64,000 nucleotides of DNA from an uncultured Chthonomonadaceae bacterium (lineage in GTDB: Bacteria > Armatimonadota > Chthonomonadetes > Chthonomonadales > Chthonomonadaceae), in assembly GCA_963817895.1 (NCBI GenBank), contig CAWFQB010000011.1, forward strand, positions 256,001 to 320,000. The letters run 5' to 3'. Positions 42,008 to 50,698 of the stretch are shown here, piece after piece. The stretch's first letter is position 1. Each line of letters starts with the position of its first letter. The notes below the pieces were generated by a model, which ran no database searches, was not told the DNA's origin, and saw only the letters and a list, made by a program, of their open reading frames with translations. Made by a program: the position numbers and the translations under genes.

Positions 42008-42037
42008 TTAGATGTAAAACGCGCCCGACACCCGCAT

Positions 42038-43090
42038 CTAATTGGTGGGAACCTGGCTCTGGTCCGGGTAAACCTTGCCATCCAGGTAGTTGGCCGCAAC
42101 GCCGAAGGGATACCACTGGTTCATGCCGCCCGCGCCCTGATGCTTCACCTTGTCGTAAAAATCCACGCCTGTCGGATGGTTGGCGCTGCCGGAAGCCTCG
42201 GTCAGCTTGACATCATAGCCGGTATATGTCTGGCTCGGAATATGCCACTTGACGTGCGTATCGCAATACAGGAAGTTGGAGCCGCCGCCGTGATAGTCCT
42301 GCGGAGCCTGGTACGGCACATTGTCGGTGGAGTATGTGGCCGGGGGTGTGCCGCCCGGAATTCCGCCCGCCTGCACCGCGCCCGCCGCGCCGCAACAAGT
42401 CTGGTTGAAGGGTGTTCCGTAGCGGTTTACAATGGCGTCATACGCGCTGTTCGGGTCTTTGTCCATCTCCTGCGCCGCTTCGTAAAGCAGAATCAGGTTG
42501 GTTGCCTGCGCGGTCAGGTCCGGGTTGAATGGCGAGTAGTTGCCCGGATCGGAGGCGCAGCCTTTCGCTATGCCGCAGTCCGTTGATTTCTGGTAGGGAC
42601 TGTTCAAGGGGCCAAGCCAGCCGACTTGAAGATACTGATTCATCACGTAGTTCTGGCCGGGGGGCTGCGAGCCGAACCCGGCGACATTACTGCGGCGAGT
42701 AGCGGCATCGGGGCAGGCCCAGACATTGGAAGAGCCGCCGTTACCCCGCTGCTTGACGTAGGGGCCGATACCGCCCGCGTCCACATACGAGCCGCCGTTG
42801 TAGTAGCCGATTACCCACGTCGGGCTGTAGTTCGACGGCCCGGTGTAGGTTGTATTGGTAATGGGCATGGGGTAGCCGCCGTCGTAGTCCTGCGCATACA
42901 GCGTGAAGGCGGTTCCCATCTGCTTGAAGTTGGATTGGCAGCTTGCCTGCCGCGCTTTTTCCCGCGCCTGCGCAAACACGGGAAAGAGTATCGCGGCTAA
43001 AATCGCGATGATAGCGATAACGACGAGCAGTTCGATAAGCGTAAACGCGCTTCGGCCTGCGCCTGCTGATTTTTGAATGCTTCTGGACAT
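42038..43090 (-). CDS. Prepilin-type DUF1559 protein (H-X9-DT-H variant)
   Basis: [51 protein letters not shown]. Confidence 0.93.
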   Translation of the reverse strand: MSRSIQKSAGAGRSAFTLIELLVVIAIIAILAAILFPVFAQAREKARQASCQSNFKQMGTAFTLYAQDYDGGYPMPITNTTYTGPSNYSPTWVIGYYNGGSYVDAGGIGPYVKQRGNGGSSNVWACPDAATRRSNVAGFGSQPPGQNYVMNQYLQVGWLGPLNSPYQKSTDCGIAKGCASDPGNYSPFNPDLTAQATNLILLYEAAQEMDKDPNSAYDAIVNRYGTPFNQTCCGAAGAVQAGGIPGGTPPATYSTDNVPYQAPQDYHGGGSNFLYCDTHVKWHIPSQTYTGYDVKLTEASGSANHPTGVDFYDKVKHQGAGGMNQWYPFGVAANYLDGKVYPDQSQVPTN

Positions 43091-43189
43091 TTCAACTCCT
43101 TTTGCTTCTATGCCCTTACTGAAAATTGCGTAAATCCGCGAATGTCAGCCGCCAAATCGTACTGCGCGGCTTCGTTCGTCAGACGTATC

Positions 43190-43245
43190 AGTATGCTGGA
43201 TTTGTTGTTAAGGAGTCTTTAAGGTAAGGTTAAATGTTGATTAAG
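43190..43245 (-). promoter_or_regulatory. Four 11-bp-period YTTAA boxes + -10 element (PhoP/PhoB-type activated promoter)
   Basis: Minus strand: CTTAATC-4-TTTAACC-4-CTTAAAG-4-CTTAACA-10 bp-CATACT. Confidence 0.7.
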
Positions 43246-43352
43246 AAGAAGAATGTTATAAGGCGCATGTAAAATGGCAATACGTATACAACATGTTGCG
43301 TCCAAACAAACATTCATTTGAGCAACAGCGCGGTAAAGGCAAAAACTAAAAA

Positions 43353-43401
43353 GCCCCTCTCCTGGCGCGTTGCGCGGCAAGGAGAGGGGCTGGGGTGAGG
43401 T
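43353..43401. repeat. Solo REP-like palindrome (CCCCTCTCC family)
   Basis: Nearly identical to 8521-8568. Confidence 0.9.
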
Positions 43402-43408
43402 CAAGCGA

Positions 43409-44242
43409 TTACGGGCAGGTATCGTCCTGAATGGACCACTCGCAGGCAGTGGTTGAGCCATACTTGCGGTATTTGGCATGTCCGTCACCGAACAGGGCTT
43501 CAAATCCCCCGTTATGGCGGTACGCCACTTTGGAGGCGGTATCCGTTTTGAAATGGTCGGTGCGATCCTCGGATTGAATTCCCCGGATGCTGTTGCCCTG
43601 CACGGTTGGGTCGTTCGGCGGCGCGGTTCCCGTCATGGTTTCACAAATATGAATTGTGCCTGCCGGGTCTTGAATTTGCGCCTCGATGACAGATGCGGTC
43701 GTTCCCGTTGTCACGAACCCACTTTTTTCATTGAGAGCGGTTTTGAAATTCGGAGTAAACCAGGCTGCTGTTGTGTTGGGAATCAGGTTACGCCCGTAGG
43801 ACAGCGCGTTCACCAGAAAGGGCTGCAAATTCGTGCCATCCCCGGCGGTCAGGATACCGAAGGATATGTCCGTCCGCGTTTGTCCCGTATACTGCTTGGT
43901 TGAGGGTACGATGTAAGTGGTATCCACGCCAAAGGTGTCTTTTTTCACCGTGTCCGGGCAGACGAACACCTGCTCGTTCTTGATGTAGGGCTGAATCATG
44001 GTGGGCCAGGAGACGATTTGCGTGCCGGTTCCCAACTGCGAGGGCGGGTACTGGCTGTCATAATCCGACTGGTACATAATCAGCGCTTTGCCGATCTGGT
44101 TCAGGTTGCTGATACAGGCGGTCTGGCGGGCTTTTTCGCGCGCCTGCGCGAAAACAGGAAAGAGGATGGCGGCGAGAATCGCGATAATGGCTATGACAAC
44201 GAGCAATTCAATCAGGGTGAAAGCGTTTTGCTTTCGGAGCAT
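43409..44242 (-). CDS. Prepilin-type DUF1559 protein (H-X9-DG)
   Basis: [14 protein letters not shown]..; [25 protein letters not shown]. Confidence 0.93.
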   Translation of the reverse strand: MLRKQNAFTLIELLVVIAIIAILAAILFPVFAQAREKARQTACISNLNQIGKALIMYQSDYDSQYPPSQLGTGTQIVSWPTMIQPYIKNEQVFVCPDTVKKDTFGVDTTYIVPSTKQYTGQTRTDISFGILTAGDGTNLQPFLVNALSYGRNLIPNTTAAWFTPNFKTALNEKSGFVTTGTTASVIEAQIQDPAGTIHICETMTGTAPPNDPTVQGNSIRGIQSEDRTDHFKTDTASKVAYRHNGGFEALFGDGHAKYRKYGSTTACEWSIQDDTCP

Positions 44243-44411
44243 GGTTATTCTCCTGACATGCGAAAACAGAGATAATGGCAGACAACCATTAGAGATTGTC
44301 CTGAATTCAGGTAACACATATTCAATATTAAGGAGAGACACGAAAGTATCTCTCCTTACGTTTTTCAAAGCAACATTTCAATTGGGCGTGAACCCTGCCG
44401 CGTCAACATGC

Positions 44412-45302
44412 TTACGGACAGGAGACGCCTGCGACGCGGCAGTGATTCACAAGGAACTCGCCCGGATCGTTGGCGGTCGGCGCCCAGCCATGCTTTTGCG
44501 GCTTACGCGATTTCACGTGGCCGTCACAGTACAGGTAATTGGACTGAGTGGTGTGCCACCCCATTACGCCATGCTGATCGCATGCGTAACCGGTAAGTTC
44601 CGTCTTGCATTGGGCGTCCGTATCAAACCAACCTCCTACGGACTCCCAGGTTCCCGCACGTCCGGTGCTGCCGTTATAGGCATCCGTGCTGGATTCGGGA
44701 ATGCCTTCGAAGATAAGGTCTGTGGCGGCAGGAAAGTTGATACCGGCCTGCGAAATGCCACCCGGCAGATAGTTGAGCGTCTGGTAGCCTTTTGGCGCAA
44801 TCGCGTAGTTGTAGTTATCAACGTCATCAACCGTGACGCCTTTTGTGGTTATTCCCGGCGAACGCAGCAAGCCATTCATGGCGTAACTGCGTGGGAAGTT
44901 CAGGTAGTAGTTATTTGTGCCCGGAACCGGCGCTGTGCCCATAGGCTTCAAGGGATTATCAGGGCAGTTGAATACCTGTGACAATGACTTGCCCCGGTTT
45001 TTAAGATAGGGATCGAGAACTACGCTGACGCCATAATTGTCAAGATAGTCCCAAGAGGCTGATGAACCGGCGATACCGCCCGGCGTGGGAAACAGCTCAT
45101 CGTAATCCTGAGAGTACATTAAAAATGCGGTACCCAACTGCTTCAGGTTGGATTGGCAGCTTGACTGCCTGGCTTTTTCGCGGGCCTGCGCGAAGACGGG
45201 GAAAAGGATGGCGGCGAGAATCGCGATAATGGCGATGACGACGAGCAATTCGATCAGGGTGAAACCACTGCGTTGCGGGAAACGTCGGTTTCTCAGGGTC
45301 AT
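44412..45302 (-). CDS. Prepilin-type DUF1559 protein (H-X9-DG)
   Basis: SGFTLIELL..; [17 protein letters not shown]. Confidence 0.93.
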   Translation of the reverse strand: MTLRNRRFPQRSGFTLIELLVVIAIIAILAAILFPVFAQAREKARQSSCQSNLKQLGTAFLMYSQDYDELFPTPGGIAGSSASWDYLDNYGVSVVLDPYLKNRGKSLSQVFNCPDNPLKPMGTAPVPGTNNYYLNFPRSYAMNGLLRSPGITTKGVTVDDVDNYNYAIAPKGYQTLNYLPGGISQAGINFPAATDLIFEGIPESSTDAYNGSTGRAGTWESVGGWFDTDAQCKTELTGYACDQHGVMGWHTTQSNYLYCDGHVKSRKPQKHGWAPTANDPGEFLVNHCRVAGVSCP

Positions 45303-45412
45303 GCGTTCGGCTCCTTCTTAACTCGCAGAACATAATGGATGATTTCTGTGGCGGTCGTTGCCGCGAAGCAGTCTTCCGTTGGTTTGGAGGCTGCCGCCTA
45401 CTTAACACTCTT

Positions 45413-45446
45413 ATTGTACCCGCTGCATTGTTAAGAATATGTTAAG
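45413..45446 (-). promoter_or_regulatory. Two 11-bp-period CTTAACA boxes + -10 element
   Basis: Minus strand: CTTAACA-tatt-CTTAACA-10 bp-TACAAT. Confidence 0.7.
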
Positions 45447-45509
45447 AAACGCGAGATTAGTGCTGGATTCGCGCGTTTCTAAAATGGTTTTGCGAGATTC
45501 ACGCCAAGT

Positions 45510-45527
45510 TTGTGAGTTTTTGCGCAA
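45510..45527. promoter_or_regulatory. Candidate Rex operator
   Basis: TTGTGAGTTTTTGCGCAA vs TTGTGAAnnnnTTCACAA (11/14), just upstream of the rex promoter. Confidence 0.45.
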
Positions 45528-45541
45528 ACGTGTTGCGCGTC

Positions 45542-45570
45542 TTGACGCGCTTTACGCCGACTGGTATACT
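45542..45570 (+). promoter_or_regulatory. Sigma70 promoter of the rex operon
   Basis: TTGACG-17-TATACT. Confidence 0.75.
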
Positions 45571-45704
45571 GAAATGTCTGCTGTCATGCAAATTGTGGCT
45601 AATTTTCGGATGAGCGTTGCAACGCGCTTGCAGACGCCCTGTTGTTTTCAGGCTCGATTGCCTGTTGTTGCCTGTCCCATTCTTTTGCGCAGTGAGGTGC
45701 ATCC

Positions 45705-46496
45705 TTGTCTCAAGAGGCCAATGGAAAGCGTTCGTCTCCGCCCCCGATACCCACCGTGGAGCGGTTGGCGACGTATCTGCGATTTCTTATTGATCTGGAA
45801 CAGTCCCATGTAGACACGATTTCGTCTGCGGAAGTGGAGCATCAGACCGGCATCAACGCCGCTCAATTTCGCAAAGACCTCTCTTACCTCGGACACACGG
45901 GCAAACCGGGCGTCGGCTACAACGTGCAGGATTTGCAGTCGCGCATCACGCGCATTTTACAGATTGATAAGGAGCAGCGGGTGATTCTGGTTGGCGCGGG
46001 AAATCTCGGTTCCGCGCTTGTCGGCTATCCCGGCTTGCAGGAACACCGTTTCAATCTGGTCGCCGTGTTCGACAACAATTTCGGCAAAATCGGCAGGCCC
46101 ATGTGGAACCTGCAAATCATGGACGTGGAGCGTTTGCAGGAGGCCAATCAACTGCTGGGCGCGCGTATTGCTATCCTTGCCGTTCCCGCGCCCGCCGCGC
46201 AAAAAGTGGCCGACCAGATGGTGGAAGCGGGCATACGCGCCATTCTGAATTTCGCGCCCCTTTTGCTGCGCGTTCCCAACGACGTGTTTGTCCGCAATGT
46301 CTCATTTTTGCAGGAGTTGGCCGTGCTGTCCTACCATCTTTCCAGTGACCTGCTGCCCAATCTGCCGCACCTGCTGGACGCGGGCGGCGACAGCTTCACC
46401 ATGCCGAAAGACCTCTCTTCACCTGACAATAACGGTCATCAGACCGACAGTTCTCCCGATGTTCTTTTAAGTGTTGAGAGTACGGACGCGGCCTAG
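45705..46496 (+). CDS. rex: Redox-sensing transcriptional repressor Rex
   Basis: PTVERLATYLR, QFRKDLSY.G..GKPGVGY, VGAGNLGSAL, ILNFAP. Confidence 0.96.
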   Translation: MSQEANGKRSSPPPIPTVERLATYLRFLIDLEQSHVDTISSAEVEHQTGINAAQFRKDLSYLGHTGKPGVGYNVQDLQSRITRILQIDKEQRVILVGAGNLGSALVGYPGLQEHRFNLVAVFDNNFGKIGRPMWNLQIMDVERLQEANQLLGARIAILAVPAPAAQKVADQMVEAGIRAILNFAPLLLRVPNDVFVRNVSFLQELAVLSYHLSSDLLPNLPHLLDAGGDSFTMPKDLSSPDNNGHQTDSSPDVLLSVESTDAA

Positions 46497-46582
46497 CCGC
46501 TATTGAACGGGTTCCCTGTTGAGGCCAGTGTCGCAACGGACACTCGCGTAACCTATTTACCTAACAACCTAACAACCTTATC

Positions 46583-47239
46583 ATGTCCTTATTGTTTCCC
46601 ATTTACGCCGATGTTGTCGGCAAGCGGTGCGTGGTTGTAGGTGGCGGCAGGGTGGCCGAGCGCAAAGTGGCGGATTTGCTGGCGGCGAACGCGCAGGTAT
46701 GCGTTGTCAGCCCCGAAGTGACGCCCACGCTCACGCGGCAGGCGGCAGACGGCGCAATCGAATGGCTTGCCGCGCCCTATACGCCCGAACACCTGGAGGG
46801 CGCGTGGCTTGTTTTCGCGGCGACCAATATCCGCGCCGTGAATGCGCAGGTGTCACAGGACGCGATGGCCCGCCGTTGTTTTGTCAATGTCGCCGACGCG
46901 CCCGAAGACAGCGGTTTTCTCGTGCCGTCCGTCGTACGGCGCGGCGATTTATGTCTGAGCGTATCCACCGGCGGCAACAATCCGATTCTGTCCCGCAAAC
47001 TGTCGCAGGAACTGCAGGCGCGATATGGCCCGGAATATGGCCTGCTCGTGGAACTTTTGGGGCAGATGCGTGTCTATGTAAAGACAGGGACGACGGATAT
47101 GGAGCAGCGCCGTTTTGCCCTGTCCCAATTGGTGGAGCGCGAGGCCGAACTGCGCGCGCTGCTGAAAGCGGGTAATGCAGACGGGGCGCGCGAACTTGCA
47201 GAGAGTATTGTCCATGCGGTTTTTGCCGATAAATTTTAG
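46583..47239 (+). CDS. Precorrin-2 dehydrogenase/sirohydrochlorin ferrochelatase (SirC/Met8/CysG N-terminal type)
   Basis: VVVGGGRVAERK, LVFAATN, VNVADAP, SVSTGG. Confidence 0.92.
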   Translation: MSLLFPIYADVVGKRCVVVGGGRVAERKVADLLAANAQVCVVSPEVTPTLTRQAADGAIEWLAAPYTPEHLEGAWLVFAATNIRAVNAQVSQDAMARRCFVNVADAPEDSGFLVPSVVRRGDLCLSVSTGGNNPILSRKLSQELQARYGPEYGLLVELLGQMRVYVKTGTTDMEQRRFALSQLVEREAELRALLKAGNADGARELAESIVHAVFADKF

Positions 47240-47257
47240 GATTGTGGAGTAAGCAGT

Positions 47258-48694
47258 TTGCATTTAGTTCTGGTTGGAATCAGTCACCACGAAGCGCCGA
47301 TTGAGCTGCGGGAACGCCTGAATTGCGCCCCGCATACTCTCCATGACGCGCTGGCGCATTTGTCCGCCTGCCCCGGCGTCACAGAGGGCGTGATTCTTTC
47401 CACCTGCAACCGCATGGAGGTATACGCTGCGGTTCACGGTTCCAGTGTGGAAGAGGCTTACCGCGCCCTGACCCATCACCTTGCCCGCTTCCACCAGATT
47501 CCCGAAGCCGCGTTTGCCGCTCGCCTGTACTGCAAATCCGAAGCGGAAGCGGGCGCGCATCTGCTGCGGGTCGCGGGCGGGCTGGATTCCCTTGTCCTGG
47601 GCGAACCACAGATATTGGGGCAGGTGAAAGCCGCCCTGAAATCCGCGCAAACCGCGCAATCCAGCGGGCCGCTTGTTTCCAAACTGTTCACCTTTGCGCT
47701 TGAAGTGGGAAAACGGATACGGACGGAAACCGGCATCGGCAAAGGCGGATTTTCCATCGGCCACGCGGCAGTGGGACTGGCGCAGCGCATTTTAGACGAT
47801 TTCTCGCGCGCTCGCGTATTGATTCTGGGCGCGGGCAAAATGAGCGAAGTGACTGCCGCGCATTTGAAACGCAGCGGCGTCCAGTTTGTCGTTGTCGCCA
47901 ATCGCACGTATGACAAAGCCGTCACCCTTGCGCAGCGGTTGGGCGGGCAGGCCATTCAGTACGACCAGTTTCTGGACGAAATGGTTCGGGCGGATATTGT
48001 GATCGCTTCCACCGCCGCGCCTCACCCCATTCTGCGCCGCGAAATGCTTGCGCCCGTGATGAAAAAACGCCGGGGCAAACCGCTGTTTCTGATTGACATA
48101 GCCCTGCCCCGCGACATTGACCCCGATGTGAACGGGCTGGAAAACGTTTATCTGCGCAACATTGACGACCTACAGGAGTACATGGCGCAGGATACCCGCG
48201 CCCGCTCGTCCGAAGTGGCGGCAGCCGAACAGATTATCACTGCGGAAATCGCCGCGTTCATGTCGTGGCTGCGGCAGCGCGAAGCGGTTCCCGTGATTGC
48301 CCGTCTGCGCTCCCATCTGGAAGACATGACGCAGGAACGCTTAAATATTCTGCGTTCGCGTCTTGGCGACATAAATCCGCGCGACTGGCAAATCATCGAA
48401 ACCCAGATGCGCGCCCTGATGGATCAAGTCGCCCTCGAACCCACCCGCCGCCTGAAACGCGCCATGCAGGAAGCCAACGCGGAAACCGGCGCATCCCCAC
48501 AGTACGACCTTCTGGAAGCCACGACGGAGTTGTTCGGACTCGAGGAAAGAAAAGGAGAAAAGGAGAAAAGGAGAAAAGGAGAAGAGGAGGGAGAAGAAGC
48601 CGAACTCCCAACACCCAACACCCAACACCCAACACCGGATTCATCCTTCATCCTTCATCCTTCATCCTTTGCCACTGCGGAGGCGCTGCCATGA
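47258..48694 (+). CDS. hemA: Glutamyl-tRNA reductase with repeat-encoded C-terminal tail
   Basis: LSTCNRME, GLDSLVLGEPQILGQ, LGAGKM, ANRT, IDIALPRDI. Confidence 0.97.
   Translation: MHLVLVGISHHEAPIELRERLNCAPHTLHDALAHLSACPGVTEGVILSTCNRMEVYAAVHGSSVEEAYRALTHHLARFHQIPEAAFAARLYCKSEAEAGAHLLRVAGGLDSLVLGEPQILGQVKAALKSAQTAQSSGPLVSKLFTFALEVGKRIRTETGIGKGGFSIGHAAVGLAQRILDDFSRARVLILGAGKMSEVTAAHLKRSGVQFVVVANRTYDKAVTLAQRLGGQAIQYDQFLDEMVRADIVIASTAAPHPILRREMLAPVMKKRRGKPLFLIDIALPRDIDPDVNGLENVYLRNIDDLQEYMAQDTRARSSEVAAAEQIITAEIAAFMSWLRQREAVPVIARLRSHLEDMTQERLNILRSRLGDINPRDWQIIETQMRALMDQVALEPTRRLKRAMQEANAETGASPQYDLLEATTELFGLEERKGEKEKRRKGEEEGEEAELPTPNTQHPTPDSSFILHPSSFATAEALP
48548..48669. repeat. (GGAGAAAA)n + (CCCAACA)x4 + (TTCATCC)x4 inside the hemA 3' end
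   Basis: Three different tandem arrays, G-rich first then C-rich, in frame. Confidence 0.95.
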
Positions 48695-49548
48695 CCTTTG
48701 CTTTCTGGAACGCGATTGCGTTCGCGCTTTATTTAGCCGCTGCCGCTTGCAGCGGGGCAGTGTTGTTCCTGCGCGCGCCTGCCGCGCCCCTGTTGGCGCA
48801 GGCAAATTCCGGCAGCCCGCGCGCCGAGCGTTGGAGCCGTCCTTTACTGGGGTTGGGATTACTGGCGCAGTTTGTTGCCATCGGTCTTTGGTGCGTATCC
48901 ACACGCCATTCCCCGTTCGCAAGCACGTATGGAACAATGGCGGTGCTGGCATGGATTATCGCCCTCGCGTATCTTGCCGTAGATTGGCGCAGTCGGCTTC
49001 CCGCGGTTGGGGCGATTGCTCTGCTCGTCGCCTGCGTCGTTTTATTCTGGGGCAGCCTGCACGCGCACAACGATTTAGCCAACGCCGCCTACATCAATAA
49101 CCAGATGGTCAGCCTGCATGTGCTGGCGATACTGGCGAGTTTTGCCCTGTTCGCGCTGGCGTTCGGCTGCGCCATCCTGTATCTTGTGCAAAATAGATTG
49201 CTCAAAGCGCCCCACGTTCCCGAAACCCTGCGCCGCCTGCCGCCGCTTGCCACGCTGGACGGGGTTGCCTATCACAGCGTCGCGTTCGCCCTGCCCCTGC
49301 TCACGCTCGGCCTGACGTTGGGGATCGTTTTCATCTATAGCGGCGTTCGCCCACACTCACCCGCGAACTGGTTTGCCGACCCGACAACCCTGCTTTCCTT
49401 TGTCGCGTGGGGATTATACGTGGTTTATCTCGCCGCCCGTCTGGGATTGGGCTGGCGCGGCGTCCGCCTGCAATACATTCTGCTGGCCGGACTGGTGCTT
49501 GCCCTCGCCGTGTACGCCCTGCCGTCTACGCTGCACCATTTTGGGTAG
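48691..49548 (+). CDS. Cytochrome c assembly (CcsA/HemX-like) membrane protein
   Basis: ATGA overlap with hemA; SLHV..., YLVQNRLLK, LPPLATLD, W..DP, GWRG. Confidence 0.85.
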   Translation: MTFAFWNAIAFALYLAAAACSGAVLFLRAPAAPLLAQANSGSPRAERWSRPLLGLGLLAQFVAIGLWCVSTRHSPFASTYGTMAVLAWIIALAYLAVDWRSRLPAVGAIALLVACVVLFWGSLHAHNDLANAAYINNQMVSLHVLAILASFALFALAFGCAILYLVQNRLLKAPHVPETLRRLPPLATLDGVAYHSVAFALPLLTLGLTLGIVFIYSGVRPHSPANWFADPTTLLSFVAWGLYVVYLAARLGLGWRGVRLQYILLAGLVLALAVYALPSTLHHFG

Positions 49549-49694
49549 GTTGTTAGTTGTTAGGTTGTTAGGTCTTTGAGGTACTGATAACCTGTGGCCT
49601 GATTGACAACGCTCTCCATTTGCTTGTACACTACAATGATTGAAATACCAACTTTCCTATTGTAACCAATCCAACCACCTAACAACTAACAACT
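49546..49694. repeat. Inverted octamer arrays (TAGGTTGT)n/(ACCTAACA)n enclosing a promoter
   Basis: Arms 49546-49572 and 49677-49694. Confidence 0.85.
49603..49632 (+). promoter_or_regulatory. Sigma70-type promoter
   Basis: TTGACA-18-TACACT. Confidence 0.6.
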
Positions 49695-49706
49695 CAGTCG
49701 AAAGCG

Positions 49707-50600
49707 ATGCCCATGAAACTGTGCGCCATTACCGATGAAATATCACAGGAGTTTGAACACGCGCTGGACGTGTTGCTGGAATATGGCGCGACCGGGGCGG
49801 AACTGCGCGGGCTATGGGGAACCAATATTGCCGACCTGAGCGAAGAGCAGGCGCAAAAAGCCAAAAACGCCTTGCAGGAGCGCGGACTCGCGGTTCCCTG
49901 CCTGTCCACGCCGTTCTACAAGTGCGACCTGAACATACAGACCCCAAATCCGGGCGAGGAAGCCGGACCGATGCACCTTGCGCAGGCGCGGACGATGGAA
50001 CAGCAGGCCGAACTGCTGGAACGCTGCATCCGGCTGGCGCATTTCTTTGAGTCGCCGTTCCTGCGCGTGTTCGCCTTCTGGCGCAAGGACGTGATGACGC
50101 CCGCCATCGAGCAGCGCATCATAGACGCTTTTGAAGCGCCTGTTGAGCGGGCGTCAAAAGAGGGCGTAACCCTCGTATTGGAAAATGAACACGCCTGTTT
50201 TGTCGGTTCGGGAGCGGAGGCCGCTAAGATTTTGAGCCAGATCAACTCGCCCTGTTTGCGCGCCTGCTGGGACCCCGGCAACGCTTTTTCGCTTGGCGAA
50301 CTCCCATTTCCCGATGGCTACGAGGCCATCAAACCCTATATCGCGCATGTCCACATCAAGGACGCGCGCATGGCGCAAACACCCGATCATGGTTTACAGC
50401 CGCAATGGTGCGTGGTAGGCGAGGGTGAGATAGACTATCCGGGCCAGTTCGCCTCCCTCAAACAGGACGGCTATGACGGCTGGATTTCGCTGGAAACCCA
50501 TTACCGCCCGCCAACCGGTTCCGGTCAGGACGGCAAAGGCACGGCGGAAGAGGGTTCGCGCCCCTGCCTGGCCTACCTTAGCAGGGTTCTAGGGTTTTAG
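49707..50600 (+). CDS. Sugar phosphate isomerase/epimerase (TIM barrel)
   Basis: AITDEIS, LVLENE, WDPGN, HVHIKD, ISLETH. Confidence 0.88.
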   Translation: MPMKLCAITDEISQEFEHALDVLLEYGATGAELRGLWGTNIADLSEEQAQKAKNALQERGLAVPCLSTPFYKCDLNIQTPNPGEEAGPMHLAQARTMEQQAELLERCIRLAHFFESPFLRVFAFWRKDVMTPAIEQRIIDAFEAPVERASKEGVTLVLENEHACFVGSGAEAAKILSQINSPCLRACWDPGNAFSLGELPFPDGYEAIKPYIAHVHIKDARMAQTPDHGLQPQWCVVGEGEIDYPGQFASLKQDGYDGWISLETHYRPPTGSGQDGKGTAEEGSRPCLAYLSRVLGF

Positions 50601-50675
50601 GGTTCTATGGTTTCAGGTATGGGTTTTATGCCTGTATCTCTTTCCTAAAACCCTGAAATCTTAACACCCTGAAAA
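50583..50675. repeat. Degenerate inverted octamer arrays (AGGGTT(C/T)T)n/(CCT(G/A)AAAC)n
   Basis: Arms 50583-50617 (overlapping stop) and 50644-50675 (before AAGGA RBS). Confidence 0.7.
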
Positions 50676-50698
50676 CTTGTATTTTAAGGAATGAACTT

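Noticed and set aside
44243..44411. Riboswitch between DUF1559 genes
   Set aside because: Hairpins are present (e.g. TAAGGAGAGA/TCTCTCCTTA) but no recognisable aptamer consensus.
42038..45302. Diversity-generating retroelement acting on DUF1559 genes
   Set aside because: No reverse transcriptase and no TR/VR pair differing at adenines; similarity is confined to the N-terminal pilin-like segment.
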